A DNA stretch of 20,061 nt from an uncultured bacterium (GCA_964510165.1 CAZEBC010000058.1:1-20061); one strand, 5' to 3'. Positions 6,080 through 13,948 are shown, counted from the stretch's first letter. Program-made: numbers and translations. Notes: generated by a model from the sequence alone, not told the origin.

Positions 6080-7522
6080 TCACACCTTCGTTTGTTTCCA
6101 TCTTCCAGAGAGGAAGCGCAGGCCGGTGACGACGGATTTTCCGTAATGGTCGGCCAGGATGATGAGCCATATCCAGGTGATGCTCAGGTCGAGCGCGTAC
6201 GCGCCGATGAGCGCGAGCGGCATCCTGACAAGGTACATCCCGACAAACGAGGCGTAGAGCGGCCAGCGCGTGTCGGCGGCCCCGACGAGCCCGCCCGACA
6301 GCGCGAAGTGAAGCGCCATCGCCGGCTGGCACAGCGCCAGGATACGCACGAACTCTGCGGTGAGAGAGACCACGCGCCCGTCGGACACATAGATGAGCGC
6401 GAGCGGACGCGCGGCTGCAAACAGCCCCACGCCGATCGCGGTCATCACTAACAGCGCCAGCTTCGAGCACTCCCACCCCTGAGAGGCGGCAGCGTCGGGG
6501 TTCTGCGCCCCGAGCGACTGGCCGACCAGCGTCGAGGCCGCGACCGAGAAGCCATAACCCGGCATGAACGAGAGCGACATGATATTGACGCCGATCGTGT
6601 ATGCTGCGAGCGGGTCGGTGCCGTATCGAGTGATAATCGCAAGGTACCAGAGATATCCAAGCTGGAGGATTCCCTGCTCAAGCGCGGCGGGCGAGCCGAT
6701 TCGAATGATCTTCATCGCCATCTCCTTTTCCAGCCGGAAGCGGGAAAACCGGCCAGTGGTAGGGGCGGCCCTGCGTGGCCGCCCGGGCGACCACATAGGG
6801 TCCCCCCTACCGTCGGGAGCCGAATCTGACGAAGTCGTTGAATATCCGCCACGCAGCGACAGCGCCAGGTTGCCTCTCCGGAGAAGGAACAAGAAGGCAG
6901 CGGCCTCGAGGGTGAATGAGATGATCGTTGCGACGCCCGCGCCGGTGACGCCGAACGCAGGCATCCCGAGCTTGCCGAATATCAGTCCGTAATTGAGGAC
7001 CACGTTGAGCAGGTTTGCGCCCACGCTTATTATCATGGGCGTGCGGGTATCGCCCGCGCCCCTGAGCGCCGACGAGCACACGAGCGCCACCGTCAGGAAC
7101 AGCGTGCCCGCGACGATGATTCGAAGATAGGTCGCGCCCGCGCGGGTGACGCTTGCATCGGCGCGGAAAAGGTGGAAAAGCCCCTCGCTCCAGATGAGGC
7201 CGGGCGCCATGAGAACGACCGACAGGATCGCGCCGATGAGGAGCGATTGCGCGAGGACCGCGTTGGCCTGCTCTTTCTGTTCAGCCCCGATGTAGCGCGC
7301 GACGAGCGCGATGGTGCCGGTCGTCACGGCCAAAGTGATTGCCACGATGAGCGTGAACAACTGGCCGCTGACTCCGACGGCGGCAACCGCGATCGGGCCG
7401 AGCCTGCCGACCATCACCATATCCACTATCCACACGAAGGTGAGAAGGAGGTTGTTTATGATGACCGGCCATGCGAGCGAGAGAATCTTTCTGCGATGAC
7501 TGAGCGGGGTGTCGGAGTTCAA
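6080..7522 (-). CDS. MATE family efflux transporter (DinF/NorM-like) with an in-frame REP insertion
   Basis: 480 aa, about 12 TM segments. Motifs LAWP, D.VMVGRLG..AVAAVG, LRGAGDTRTPM, N.VLNY.LIFG..G.P..GV.GA..AT and LVGQ.LGA. The TTG start overlaps the uvrC stop, with GGAGGAG upstream. Confidence 0.95.
   Translation of the reverse strand: MNSDTPLSHRRKILSLAWPVIINNLLLTFVWIVDMVMVGRLGPIAVAAVGVSGQLFTLIVAITLAVTTGTIALVARYIGAEQKEQANAVLAQSLLIGAILSVVLMAPGLIWSEGLFHLFRADASVTRAGATYLRIIVAGTLFLTVALVCSSALRGAGDTRTPMIISVGANLLNVVLNYGLIFGKLGMPAFGVTGAGVATIISFTLEAAAFLFLLRRGNLALSLRGGYSTTSSDSAPDGRGDPMWSPGRPRRAAPTTGRFSRFRLEKEMAMKIIRIGSPAALEQGILQLGYLWYLAIITRYGTDPLAAYTIGVNIMSLSFMPGYGFSVAASTLVGQSLGAQNPDAAASQGWECSKLALLVMTAIGVGLFAAARPLALIYVSDGRVVSLTAEFVRILALCQPAMALHFALSGGLVGAADTRWPLYASFVGMYLVRMPLALIGAYALDLSITWIWLIILADHYGKSVVTGLRFLSGRWKQTKV
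6759..6810. repeat. REP doublet, family C (GTAGGGGCG), inside the MATE coding sequence
   Basis: GTAGGGGCGGCCCTGCGTGGCCGCCC (6759-6784) directly abuts an inverted copy reading GTAGGGGGGACCCTATGTGGTCGCCC (6810-6785). Confidence 0.85.
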
Positions 7523-9384
7523 GCGGTTTCTTTCTCCTCCACGGGCTGGGGAGGGGCTTCCTCGCTCAGGCTCTCTTTGATGCGGCGGGCGAGGTCGCGC
7601 GGAATCGCGGCGACCGAGGCGATCTCCTCGACCGCGGCGTCGGCCACTCGCTGCGCGCTGCCGAAATGTCTGAGGAGCGCGTTTCGGCGCTTCGGGCCGA
7701 TGCCCCTGATGTCGTCGAGCGCCGAGCGGGTCTGCGCCTTCTTCCGAAGCTTCTTGTGATACGTGATCGCGAAGCGATGCGCCTCATCGCGTATCTCCTG
7801 CAGCAGGTGGAGCGAGCGCGAGCCGGCCGGCAGCAGGATCGGGTCCTTGCGATGGGGGAGATAAATCTTGTCGGCCTCCTTGAGCGCCATCTCTCCCTTG
7901 TGCCGGTAGCGCATCTTCTCTTTCGCGATGCCGATGGCGTCGAGTTCGTGGATTTGCAGTTCCTCGAACACGCTGAGCGCGACGTTGAGCTGGCCCTTGC
8001 CGCCGTCAACCATGATGAGCGACGGCATCGGCCCCTCGGTCGCGGCGCGCAGCATGTGGCGCATGAGTACCTCGCGCATCATGGCGTAGTCATCGGCGCC
8101 CTCGACGGTCTTCACCTTGAAATGGCGGTAATCGGATTTCTTCGGGCGGCCCTCTTCGAAAACGACCATCGAGCCGACCGCAAGCTCACCGGAGATATTG
8201 GATATATCGAACGCCTCGATTCGCTCAGGACGCTCGCGTAGCCTGAGCAGCGACTGGAGCCGGTCGAGCACGTCGGCCTTTGCGGCGTCGGGTTCGTGAT
8301 GTTTCTCGAAGACGGCACGGGCGTTGAGGCGCGCCATCTCGAGCAGCTTGCGTTTCTCGCCGCGCTGGGGAACTATCACGCTGACGCGGGCGCCCCTCTT
8401 CTCGCTCAGCCATTGTTCGAGAGCGTCGGTGTTCTCGGTCTCAATCGGGAGAATGACCTCATGGGGCATCGGGCGCTCGTTCGAGTAGAACTGCGTGAGC
8501 AGCGAGCTGAGCGCCTCCTCCGTCGGCGCCTTCACATCGGGGAAATGGTAAGGCTCGCTGCCGACTACCTTGCCCTTCCTCACGAGCAACACGGCCACAT
8601 CGAGCCCGCCGTTGGACTGCCACAGGCCGAACACGTCGCGGTCGATCTTCTCGGGGCTGACCACCTTCTGACGCTCCAGCGTTTTCTCCAGCGCCTGTAT
8701 CTGGTCGCGGTATCTCGCGGCGAGCTCGAAGTCGAGGTTGTCGGAGGCTTCCTGCATCTTCCGGCGGAGCGCCTCGACGAGTTCATCGCTCTTGCCCTGC
8801 AGAAACGCGATCACCTGACGCACCTGCTCGTTGTAGGTTTCCTTGTCCACGTTTCCGCAGCACGGCGCGAGGCACTTGTGCATGTCGTAATACAGGCATG
8901 GGCGCTCGCGGCACTTCGAGCACTTGCGTAGCATGAAGTGGTTGTTGACGACGCGGAGCGTCTCGCGCGCGGCCCGGGCGGAAGAGTACGGACCGAAGTA
9001 CATCGCGCCGTCGCGCTTGACCTTGCGGGTGATCACCAGCCGCGGGTAGTCCTCCTGCACGGTGAGCTTGAGGCGGAGGAAACTCTTGTCGTCCTTGAGG
9101 CGGATGTTGTAGCGGGGCTTGTGCTCCTTGATGGCGGTGTCCTCGAGGATGATGGCTTCCTTCTCGGTGTCGGTCACGATGTAGTCCACGTCCGCCACGT
9201 GCTCCGAGAGGAACGGCGACCACACCCTGCCGTCGTCGCCCTTCTGGAAATACGAGCGCACGCGCTTCTTCAGGCTCTTCGCCTTCCCGACGTAGATCAC
9301 CTTCCCCCGCGCGCTCTTCATCAGGTACACGCCGGGCCGGTCGGGAAAGTTCTTGACTTTTTCCTCGAGTTGTTCGCGTGCCAT
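7519..9384 (-). CDS. uvrC: Excinuclease ABC subunit C
   Basis: GIY-YIG domain (PGVYLMK...IYVGKAK.L..RV.SYF), Cys-rich motif, UVR domain (LDFELAARYRDQ), RNase H-like domain (IEAFDISN, DDYAMM.EV, DGGKGQ, RDEAHRFA) and HhH (I.GIG.KR). Start moved to ATG 9384 (GAGGTG RBS), giving 621 aa. Confidence 0.98.
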   Translation of the reverse strand: MAREQLEEKVKNFPDRPGVYLMKSARGKVIYVGKAKSLKKRVRSYFQKGDDGRVWSPFLSEHVADVDYIVTDTEKEAIILEDTAIKEHKPRYNIRLKDDKSFLRLKLTVQEDYPRLVITRKVKRDGAMYFGPYSSARAARETLRVVNNHFMLRKCSKCRERPCLYYDMHKCLAPCCGNVDKETYNEQVRQVIAFLQGKSDELVEALRRKMQEASDNLDFELAARYRDQIQALEKTLERQKVVSPEKIDRDVFGLWQSNGGLDVAVLLVRKGKVVGSEPYHFPDVKAPTEEALSSLLTQFYSNERPMPHEVILPIETENTDALEQWLSEKRGARVSVIVPQRGEKRKLLEMARLNARAVFEKHHEPDAAKADVLDRLQSLLRLRERPERIEAFDISNISGELAVGSMVVFEEGRPKKSDYRHFKVKTVEGADDYAMMREVLMRHMLRAATEGPMPSLIMVDGGKGQLNVALSVFEELQIHELDAIGIAKEKMRYRHKGEMALKEADKIYLPHRKDPILLPAGSRSLHLLQEIRDEAHRFAITYHKKLRKKAQTRSALDDIRGIGPKRRNALLRHFGSAQRVADAAVEEIASVAAIPRDLARRIKESLSEEAPPQPVEEKETA

Positions 9385-9417
9385 CGGGAGACACCTCATG
9401 GGCACGGCCCTGCCATT

Positions 9418-9443
9418 GTAGGGGCGCCCCTATGTGGGCGCCC
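9418..9443 (+). repeat. Single REP, family C, in the uvrC leader
   Basis: GTAGGGGCGCCCCTATGTGGGCGCCC, the same 26-nt unit as the two copies inside the MATE gene. Confidence 0.85.
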
Positions 9444-9477
9444 GAAGTCAGCAACATCCGCACCCGTTTCCATATTC

Positions 9478-9507
9478 ATTATAGACTTTAGAAATCGCGG
9501 CGGGCAA
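9478..9507 (-). promoter_or_regulatory. Putative sigma70 promoter of uvrC-MATE
   Basis: Minus strand TTGCCC (9507-9502), 18 nt, TATAAT (9483-9478), just downstream of the citrate synthase terminator. Confidence 0.55.
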
Positions 9508-9522
9508 GGAGGGAAGGAGCAT

Positions 9523-9562
9523 CAAACAAAACGCCCCGCCGCCGTGACACAGGCAGTGGGGC
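9523..9562 (-). terminator. Rho-independent terminator after citrate synthase
   Basis: Minus strand GCCCCACTGCC, loop TGTGTCAC, GGCGGCGGGGC, then GTTTTGTTT. It begins 28 nt after the stop codon. Confidence 0.7.
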
Positions 9563-9590
9563 ATTGCAACACATGAGTTAATCGTGACGC

Positions 9591-10718
9591 CTACTTGCGC
9601 ATCTCGATGGCGACAAGCTTCTCGTGGGTCGAGCCGATGTAGTCGGCGATCGGCCGGATGAGCCGGTTGTCTTCGAGCTGTTCGAGGACGTGGGCGACCC
9701 AGCCGCCCATCCTGCTCATCGCGAAGATGGTGGTGTACAGGTCGAGCGGAATGCCCATACAGTAGTACACCGACGCCGAGTAGAAGTCAACGTTCGGGTC
9801 CATCCCCTTTTCCTCGCGCATGATGTCCTCGATGCGCGTGAGCATGCTGTACCAGAGCGGGCCGCAGCCGTGCTCGCTCATCCACTTCGAGTATTGCTTC
9901 AGGATTTTGGCGCGCGGGTCCATAGTCTTGTAGACCCTGTGGCCGATGCCCATCACGCGGCCCTTGCGCGCGAGCAGATTGTGGATGTAGTCGTCCACCT
10001 TCTCGAGTTCGCCGATCTCGATGAGCATTTCCATGACGCGCGTGTTGGCGCCGCCGTGGAGCGGGCCTTTCAGCGTGCCGATGGCCGCCGTGATGGCCGA
10101 GTACAGGTCGGAGAGCGTGCTGATGGTCACGCGGGCGGCAAACGTGGAGGCGTTCAGTTCATGGTCGGCATGAAGCACGAGGCACACGTCGAGCGCGCGG
10201 TTCAGCACCGGCATCATCTCCTGTCCGGCGAGCATATACAGGAAATTCTGGGCCAGGCCCTTTTCCTTCATCGGCTCGACGAAGGGCAGGCCGTTTCGAT
10301 GGCGGTTGAATGCGGCGATGATAGTCGGCGTCTTCGAGATCAGGCGGGCGGCCTTGCGCAGGTTGGCCTCGCGGGACAAGTCCTCGGTTTCCTTGTCATA
10401 TAGGGCGAGCGCGCTGACAGCGGTTCGGAGCACGTCCATCGGATGCGCATCGGTGGGCGCGGCCCTGATGATGTCATGCACCTGGCCGGGCAGGTCTCGT
10501 TCCTCGGCCAATTGCCGGTTGAACCGGTCGAGCTCTTCCTGGTTGGGCAATTTTCCGTACCAGAGGAGATAGAGGACTTCCTCGAAGGTTGCGCCGTCGG
10601 CCAGTTGGTCCACCGGATACCCGCGATAAGCCAGGATACCCTTTTCGCCATCGATAAAACATATCTTGGACTCGGCGACTACGACTCCCTTCAGGCCTTT
10701 GGCGATAGCGGTGGTCAT
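9591..10718 (-). CDS. Citrate synthase, short dimeric type (CitZ/PrpC-like; citrate vs 2-methylcitrate specificity not resolved)
   Basis: G.L.YRGY, HPMDVLRT, HADHELNASTF, GPLHGGAN, MGIGHRVYK..DPRA and PNVDFYS motifs. Start at ATG 10718 (AAAGGGGA RBS), giving 375 aa. Confidence 0.95.
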   Translation of the reverse strand: MTTAIAKGLKGVVVAESKICFIDGEKGILAYRGYPVDQLADGATFEEVLYLLWYGKLPNQEELDRFNRQLAEERDLPGQVHDIIRAAPTDAHPMDVLRTAVSALALYDKETEDLSREANLRKAARLISKTPTIIAAFNRHRNGLPFVEPMKEKGLAQNFLYMLAGQEMMPVLNRALDVCLVLHADHELNASTFAARVTISTLSDLYSAITAAIGTLKGPLHGGANTRVMEMLIEIGELEKVDDYIHNLLARKGRVMGIGHRVYKTMDPRAKILKQYSKWMSEHGCGPLWYSMLTRIEDIMREEKGMDPNVDFYSASVYYCMGIPLDLYTTIFAMSRMGGWVAHVLEQLEDNRLIRPIADYIGSTHEKLVAIEMRK

Positions 10719-10747
10719 GGTCTTTTCCCCTTTCGTCATGACGTGCC

Positions 10748-10776
10748 AATCTAGTAGTCCGGGGCTGTAAAGTCAA
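10748..10776 (-). promoter_or_regulatory. Sigma70-type promoter of citrate synthase
   Basis: Minus strand TTGACT (10776-10771), 17 nt, TAGATT (10753-10748). Confidence 0.65.
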
Positions 10777-10940
10777 TGACTCTACCATATTCTGGCACCT
10801 CTTTGAGGCAGTGTAAAGCAGGCGAGTATTGTGGGCCGAAGAGTTCCGTCTGCGCCGCTTGACTCCATACTCTTGCAAATCTGCGTCCGTGTGTGATTCA
10901 ATAATTGGACATTGTCTGATTCAATTTGGAAAGGATGGAT

Positions 10941-11594
10941 ATGTCCTGGGACAAAGAATACGACAGTAACAGGTTTCTATGGGGTGAAGGCCCGAGTGAA
11001 CTCGGTGTTGCGATTGTGGCCTATCTCCAAGAACACGGGCCAAGAGCCCAGACGCCGGAGATATTGGATATCGGCTGCGGCTACGGGCGAGACGTGCTCA
11101 ATCTCGCGCGAAGTATCCCATGTCGCATCCTGGGGATAGACCTGTCCGCGAAAGCCATAGAAATCGCCCGCTCGACGGCGACAGAAAACAACTACAAAAA
11201 CGCGGAATTTCAGTGCCGGGACTTCGGGGAGATAGAAGATCGCCGTTTCGACATAGTGTTCATGTCGAACCTCTACCAGCTAATGAACACAACTGAGAGG
11301 CGGCGCCTCAGGAACACGGCCCGACAGGTCCTGAAGCCATACGGCCCCCTGTTCCTGAGCACGCTTTCGGTGTCGGACCCCGAACACTACGGGAAGGGGA
11401 CCCCGGTTCCCGGCGAGCCGAACACGTTTGATGACGGCAAGCGCATCCATTTCTGCACAAGGGAGGAGCTTATTGAGGACTTCGATTTCCTGTCCGGCAG
11501 GGAGTTGTATGAGCGAGAATATGACGAACCTCGCGCGACCGGGGAGACCCATCACCACATTTCGTGGATTCTCATAGGGGAACGCGGCAGCTGA
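10941..11594 (+). CDS. Class I SAM-dependent methyltransferase
   Basis: Motif I ILDIGCGYGRD, then GIDLS..AI, FDIVF and LKP.G.LF, with N-terminal W...Y......WG..PS. Start ATG 10941 (or 10935) with AAGGA upstream. Confidence 0.9.
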   Translation: MSWDKEYDSNRFLWGEGPSELGVAIVAYLQEHGPRAQTPEILDIGCGYGRDVLNLARSIPCRILGIDLSAKAIEIARSTATENNYKNAEFQCRDFGEIEDRRFDIVFMSNLYQLMNTTERRRLRNTARQVLKPYGPLFLSTLSVSDPEHYGKGTPVPGEPNTFDDGKRIHFCTREELIEDFDFLSGRELYEREYDEPRATGETHHHISWILIGERGS

Positions 11595-11665
11595 AAAACA
11601 GGAGGAAACAGATGTCGAATCAACTGATGCAAGCGCAGCACCAATGTTCACGGTTCCGGCAGCGA

Positions 11666-11836
11666 TCACCAGGAAGGCGCATCATGTCGCTCGCTCGCGT
11701 CTTTCTTCTTCCGCCGGTCGCTGCCCGAGCGTCGGTCGGTACCCAGATAATTCTTTGCTGATTGGGTGTCTTTCCGTCGTTCAGATCTGCGCCGATCCCT
11801 CAGTAGAGTGCGTTTCTCCCATTGACTCACGCCCAT
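11666..11836 (-). CDS. 56-aa basic protein with repeated DRR/ERR motifs
   Basis: MGVSQWEKRTLLRDRRRSERRKDTQSAKNYLGTDRRSGSDRRKKKDASERHDAPSW. GGAGGT RBS just upstream of ATG 11836, and a consensus promoter about 75 nt upstream. Confidence 0.7.
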   Translation of the reverse strand: MGVSQWEKRTLLRDRRRSERRKDTQSAKNYLGTDRRSGSDRRKKKDASERHDAPSW

Positions 11837-11911
11837 CAGTACCTCCGTTTTCAGGGTTGTCTTGGAACAAACCAGCGAGAAATGCGAAGCCGGTGCTCTG
11901 CTACAGGCAGA

Positions 11912-11941
11912 ATTATAACCTATAGCATAATAGCGTGTCAA
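11912..11941 (-). promoter_or_regulatory. Consensus sigma70 promoter for the DRR small protein
   Basis: Minus strand TTGACA (11941-11936), 18 nt, TATAAT (11917-11912). Confidence 0.75.
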
Positions 11942-12043
11942 GTCGCCGAAAACTCGAACGACTTGCAAATAGAATCTTTAGTGGGGATAAACGAGAAAGC
12001 GAAAAGGCAGTTTAGGCAGAGAAGAACAAGAGGAGGAGAAACC

Positions 12044-12259
12044 ATGATTCGCATGGATATTATTTCGCTGATGGCTTTTGCGGTCCTTACGATTCTTGCT
12101 CCCCCCGTGTTTGCGCAGAGACAAGAGGCGGATTGGCATGACAAGCCCGTGAACAGCGGGCCTGAGGCGCCTCCTTGTCACGGCGAAAGGCCCTTCGTCT
12201 TCCAATACCATTCCACCGTTTCCACGAGCGCCTCGACGTTGTCCTTCTTGGGCGCATAG
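12044..12259 (+). pseudogene. Signal-peptide-bearing short ORF, probably a truncated secreted-protein gene
   Basis: Strong RBS GAGGAGGAG. The N-terminus MIRMDIISLMAFAVLTILAPPVFA-QRQ looks like a Sec signal with a V-F-A cleavage site. The frame runs 82 nt into the antisense of the SDR gene before stopping. Confidence 0.4.
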
Positions 12260-13155
12260 CGGAGCAGTTGGCGGGCCTTGTCGATGGAGAAGAGGTAATC
12301 CAGGAAGGCGACCTCGTGGTAGTCTTTGAGAAGGAGGGGCCGGCCCACGGCGGAGGCCAGCTTGATCACTGCTCTGGCCAGGGCTTTGTTGATGTGGGAT
12401 ATCTTCGATTTTGAGCCGACCCTTCGGATCACCTGCTCAAGCATATCGCGAACGGGAGGAACGGCGTCCGGGTCGGACGCGATGTTGAAGGCCTCTCCGG
12501 CGGCGTTCGGCGATTCCGAGGCAAGGATACATCCCTCGACGGCATCCGAGCACGCCACCACTTGGTAGCGGTTTGAGCCGTCACCGATGATGCGGATGGT
12601 CTTGCCCCGGGCGAGGTCCCGGAACATCTTCGTGAAGAACTTCTCGTGGTAATACCCCGGCCCGGCAATCATCGGGAGGCGCAGCACCACGGACTCGATG
12701 CCGAAGTCGGCCGAATACTTGGCGCACAACTCCTCGCAGTCAAGCTTCGTGCGGCTGTATGGGCCGAGCAGCTTCTTGGGCGAATCCTCCGTGCAGGGTG
12801 TCTGGTCGAGCACGCCGTATATCTCGACCGAAGAGGAGTACACGAACCGTTTCACCGACTCCGACACCGCCGCCGCCAGCATGTTCTCGGTGCCCCGCAC
12901 GTTGACCGAGTGCAGTTTCTCGGCGGGCGCCTTCGATTGGGGCAGAAGGCCTGCGAGATGAAACACGACATCGACCCCGCTGCACGCCGAGCGAGCAGAC
13001 TCGGGATTGCGGATATCGCCCCGGACGTACTCGACCTCTTTGGGGAAAACGGCTGCCTTTATGTCGAGCGCGCGAACCCGGTATCCGCGCCGACACAGCT
13101 CGAGTGTCAGATGCTGTCCAAGCAGCCCGCCCGCGCCAGTAACCAGTGCGAACAT
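12178..13155 (-). CDS. NAD-dependent epimerase/dehydratase (extended SDR, 3-beta-HSD-like)
   Basis: ALVTGAGGLLG, GDIR, VFHLAG, NV.GT.NML, FVYSSS..IYG and catalytic YSRTK. Start at ATG 13155 (AGAGGA RBS), giving 325 aa; the ORF-track extension is repeat sequence. Confidence 0.93.
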   Translation of the reverse strand: MFALVTGAGGLLGQHLTLELCRRGYRVRALDIKAAVFPKEVEYVRGDIRNPESARSACSGVDVVFHLAGLLPQSKAPAEKLHSVNVRGTENMLAAAVSESVKRFVYSSSVEIYGVLDQTPCTEDSPKKLLGPYSRTKLDCEELCAKYSADFGIESVVLRLPMIAGPGYYHEKFFTKMFRDLARGKTIRIIGDGSNRYQVVACSDAVEGCILASESPNAAGEAFNIASDPDAVPPVRDMLEQVIRRVGSKSKISHINKALARAVIKLASAVGRPLLLKDYHEVAFLDYLFSIDKARQLLRYAPKKDNVEALVETVEWYWKTKGLSP

Positions 13156-13201
13156 GCCGATGGTTCCTCTATGGATTTCTTGAATTCTTGTCGCGCTTTC
13201 T

Positions 13202-13240
13202 CCCTCACCCCAACCCTCTCCCACCGGGAGAGGGTGAGGG
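13202..13240. repeat. Palindromic extragenic repeat, family D (CCCTCACCCCAACCCTCTCCC...GGGAGAGGG)
   Basis: 9-bp stem CCCTCTCCC/GGGAGAGGG (13214-13234) plus an alternative 9-bp pairing CCCTCACCC/GGGTGAGGG (13202-13210 with 13232-13240). Translates as PHPLPVGEGWGEG, a familiar repeat-derived peptide. Confidence 0.8.
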
Positions 13241-13334
13241 AGCTTCGATAACGGTTGCGCCCTGCCGTACACAGCCAATATTACCACAACGCCTCGCATA
13301 ACGCGAATCCTGCGGGCCGCCCTGCCCCCGCCAT

Positions 13335-13363
13335 TTGCATCTTACGATAATATGCTATAAGAT
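13335..13363 (+). promoter_or_regulatory. Putative sigma70 promoter of the lipoprotein gene
   Basis: TTGCAT (13335-13340), 17 nt, TAAGAT (13358-13363), within an AT-rich patch. Confidence 0.5.
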
Positions 13364-13406
13364 ATAGCGCGCGGTACGGAGAAAAGCGAAGCGGAGGGAT
13401 TTGGTC

Positions 13407-13937
13407 ATGCCTCGCATTACAAAGTACGCCAAGTGGATATTCTTCCTCGTGGTGCTGGCGCTGATGCTGTCTTCATGCGGGAGCCAGCGCAAGAAGTACC
13501 TCAGTCAGGTCATGCCGATACTCGAGCAGAACGACATGGTTGATGTCCGCGTGGCCGAACTGCCGAAGCTCAACACCTTCAAGGACCCCGACTACCTCAT
13601 GAAGCTTGACAGCTATATCGCCGCCAAGCAGGCGATGCTCACGAGAATCGAGGCTGTCGAGCCGCCGTTCATGCTTTCGGCGACGCACGCGAAACTGGTT
13701 CAGGCGATGAAGAACGGCATCCGCTATCTGCAATCCGAGCGCGAGAAGTTCGTGATCGCGCAGGAGAACATGCCGAAGACGCCGACGACGGGCCCGGCGG
13801 AGGACGAGGTCATTCGTGAGTACTACTCGCAGACGGCGGCTTATCAGGCCGACATGAAAGAGCAGCTCATGAAGCAGCAGTATGAGCGGCTGTACGAAGA
13901 AGTGAAGGACGAGTTGGAACGCGCGCGAAAGCTCTGA
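13407..13937 (+). CDS. Hypothetical helical lipoprotein
   Basis: Basic N-terminus, hydrophobic stretch WIFFLVVLALML, lipobox LSS-C. GGAGG lies 9 nt before ATG 13407; 176 aa. Confidence 0.8.
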   Translation: MPRITKYAKWIFFLVVLALMLSSCGSQRKKYLSQVMPILEQNDMVDVRVAELPKLNTFKDPDYLMKLDSYIAAKQAMLTRIEAVEPPFMLSATHAKLVQAMKNGIRYLQSEREKFVIAQENMPKTPTTGPAEDEVIREYYSQTAAYQADMKEQLMKQQYERLYEEVKDELERARKL

Positions 13938-13948
13938 GAACAGCGTTC

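Noticed and set aside
8865-8930. Cys cluster in UvrC (CSKCRERPCLYYDMHKCLAPCC)
   Set aside because: A Cys-rich metal/Fe-S motif at this position is a known feature of UvrC proteins, so it is not novel.
5965-9443. Short palindromic repeats as a possible CRISPR array or attC sites
   Set aside because: They are inverted doublets or dispersed singles rather than regularly spaced direct repeats, and there is no cas or integrase gene.
10792-10808. TGGCAC-containing sigma54-like site upstream of the methyltransferase
   Set aside because: The GG-N10-GC spacing is not met (AG at the -12 position).
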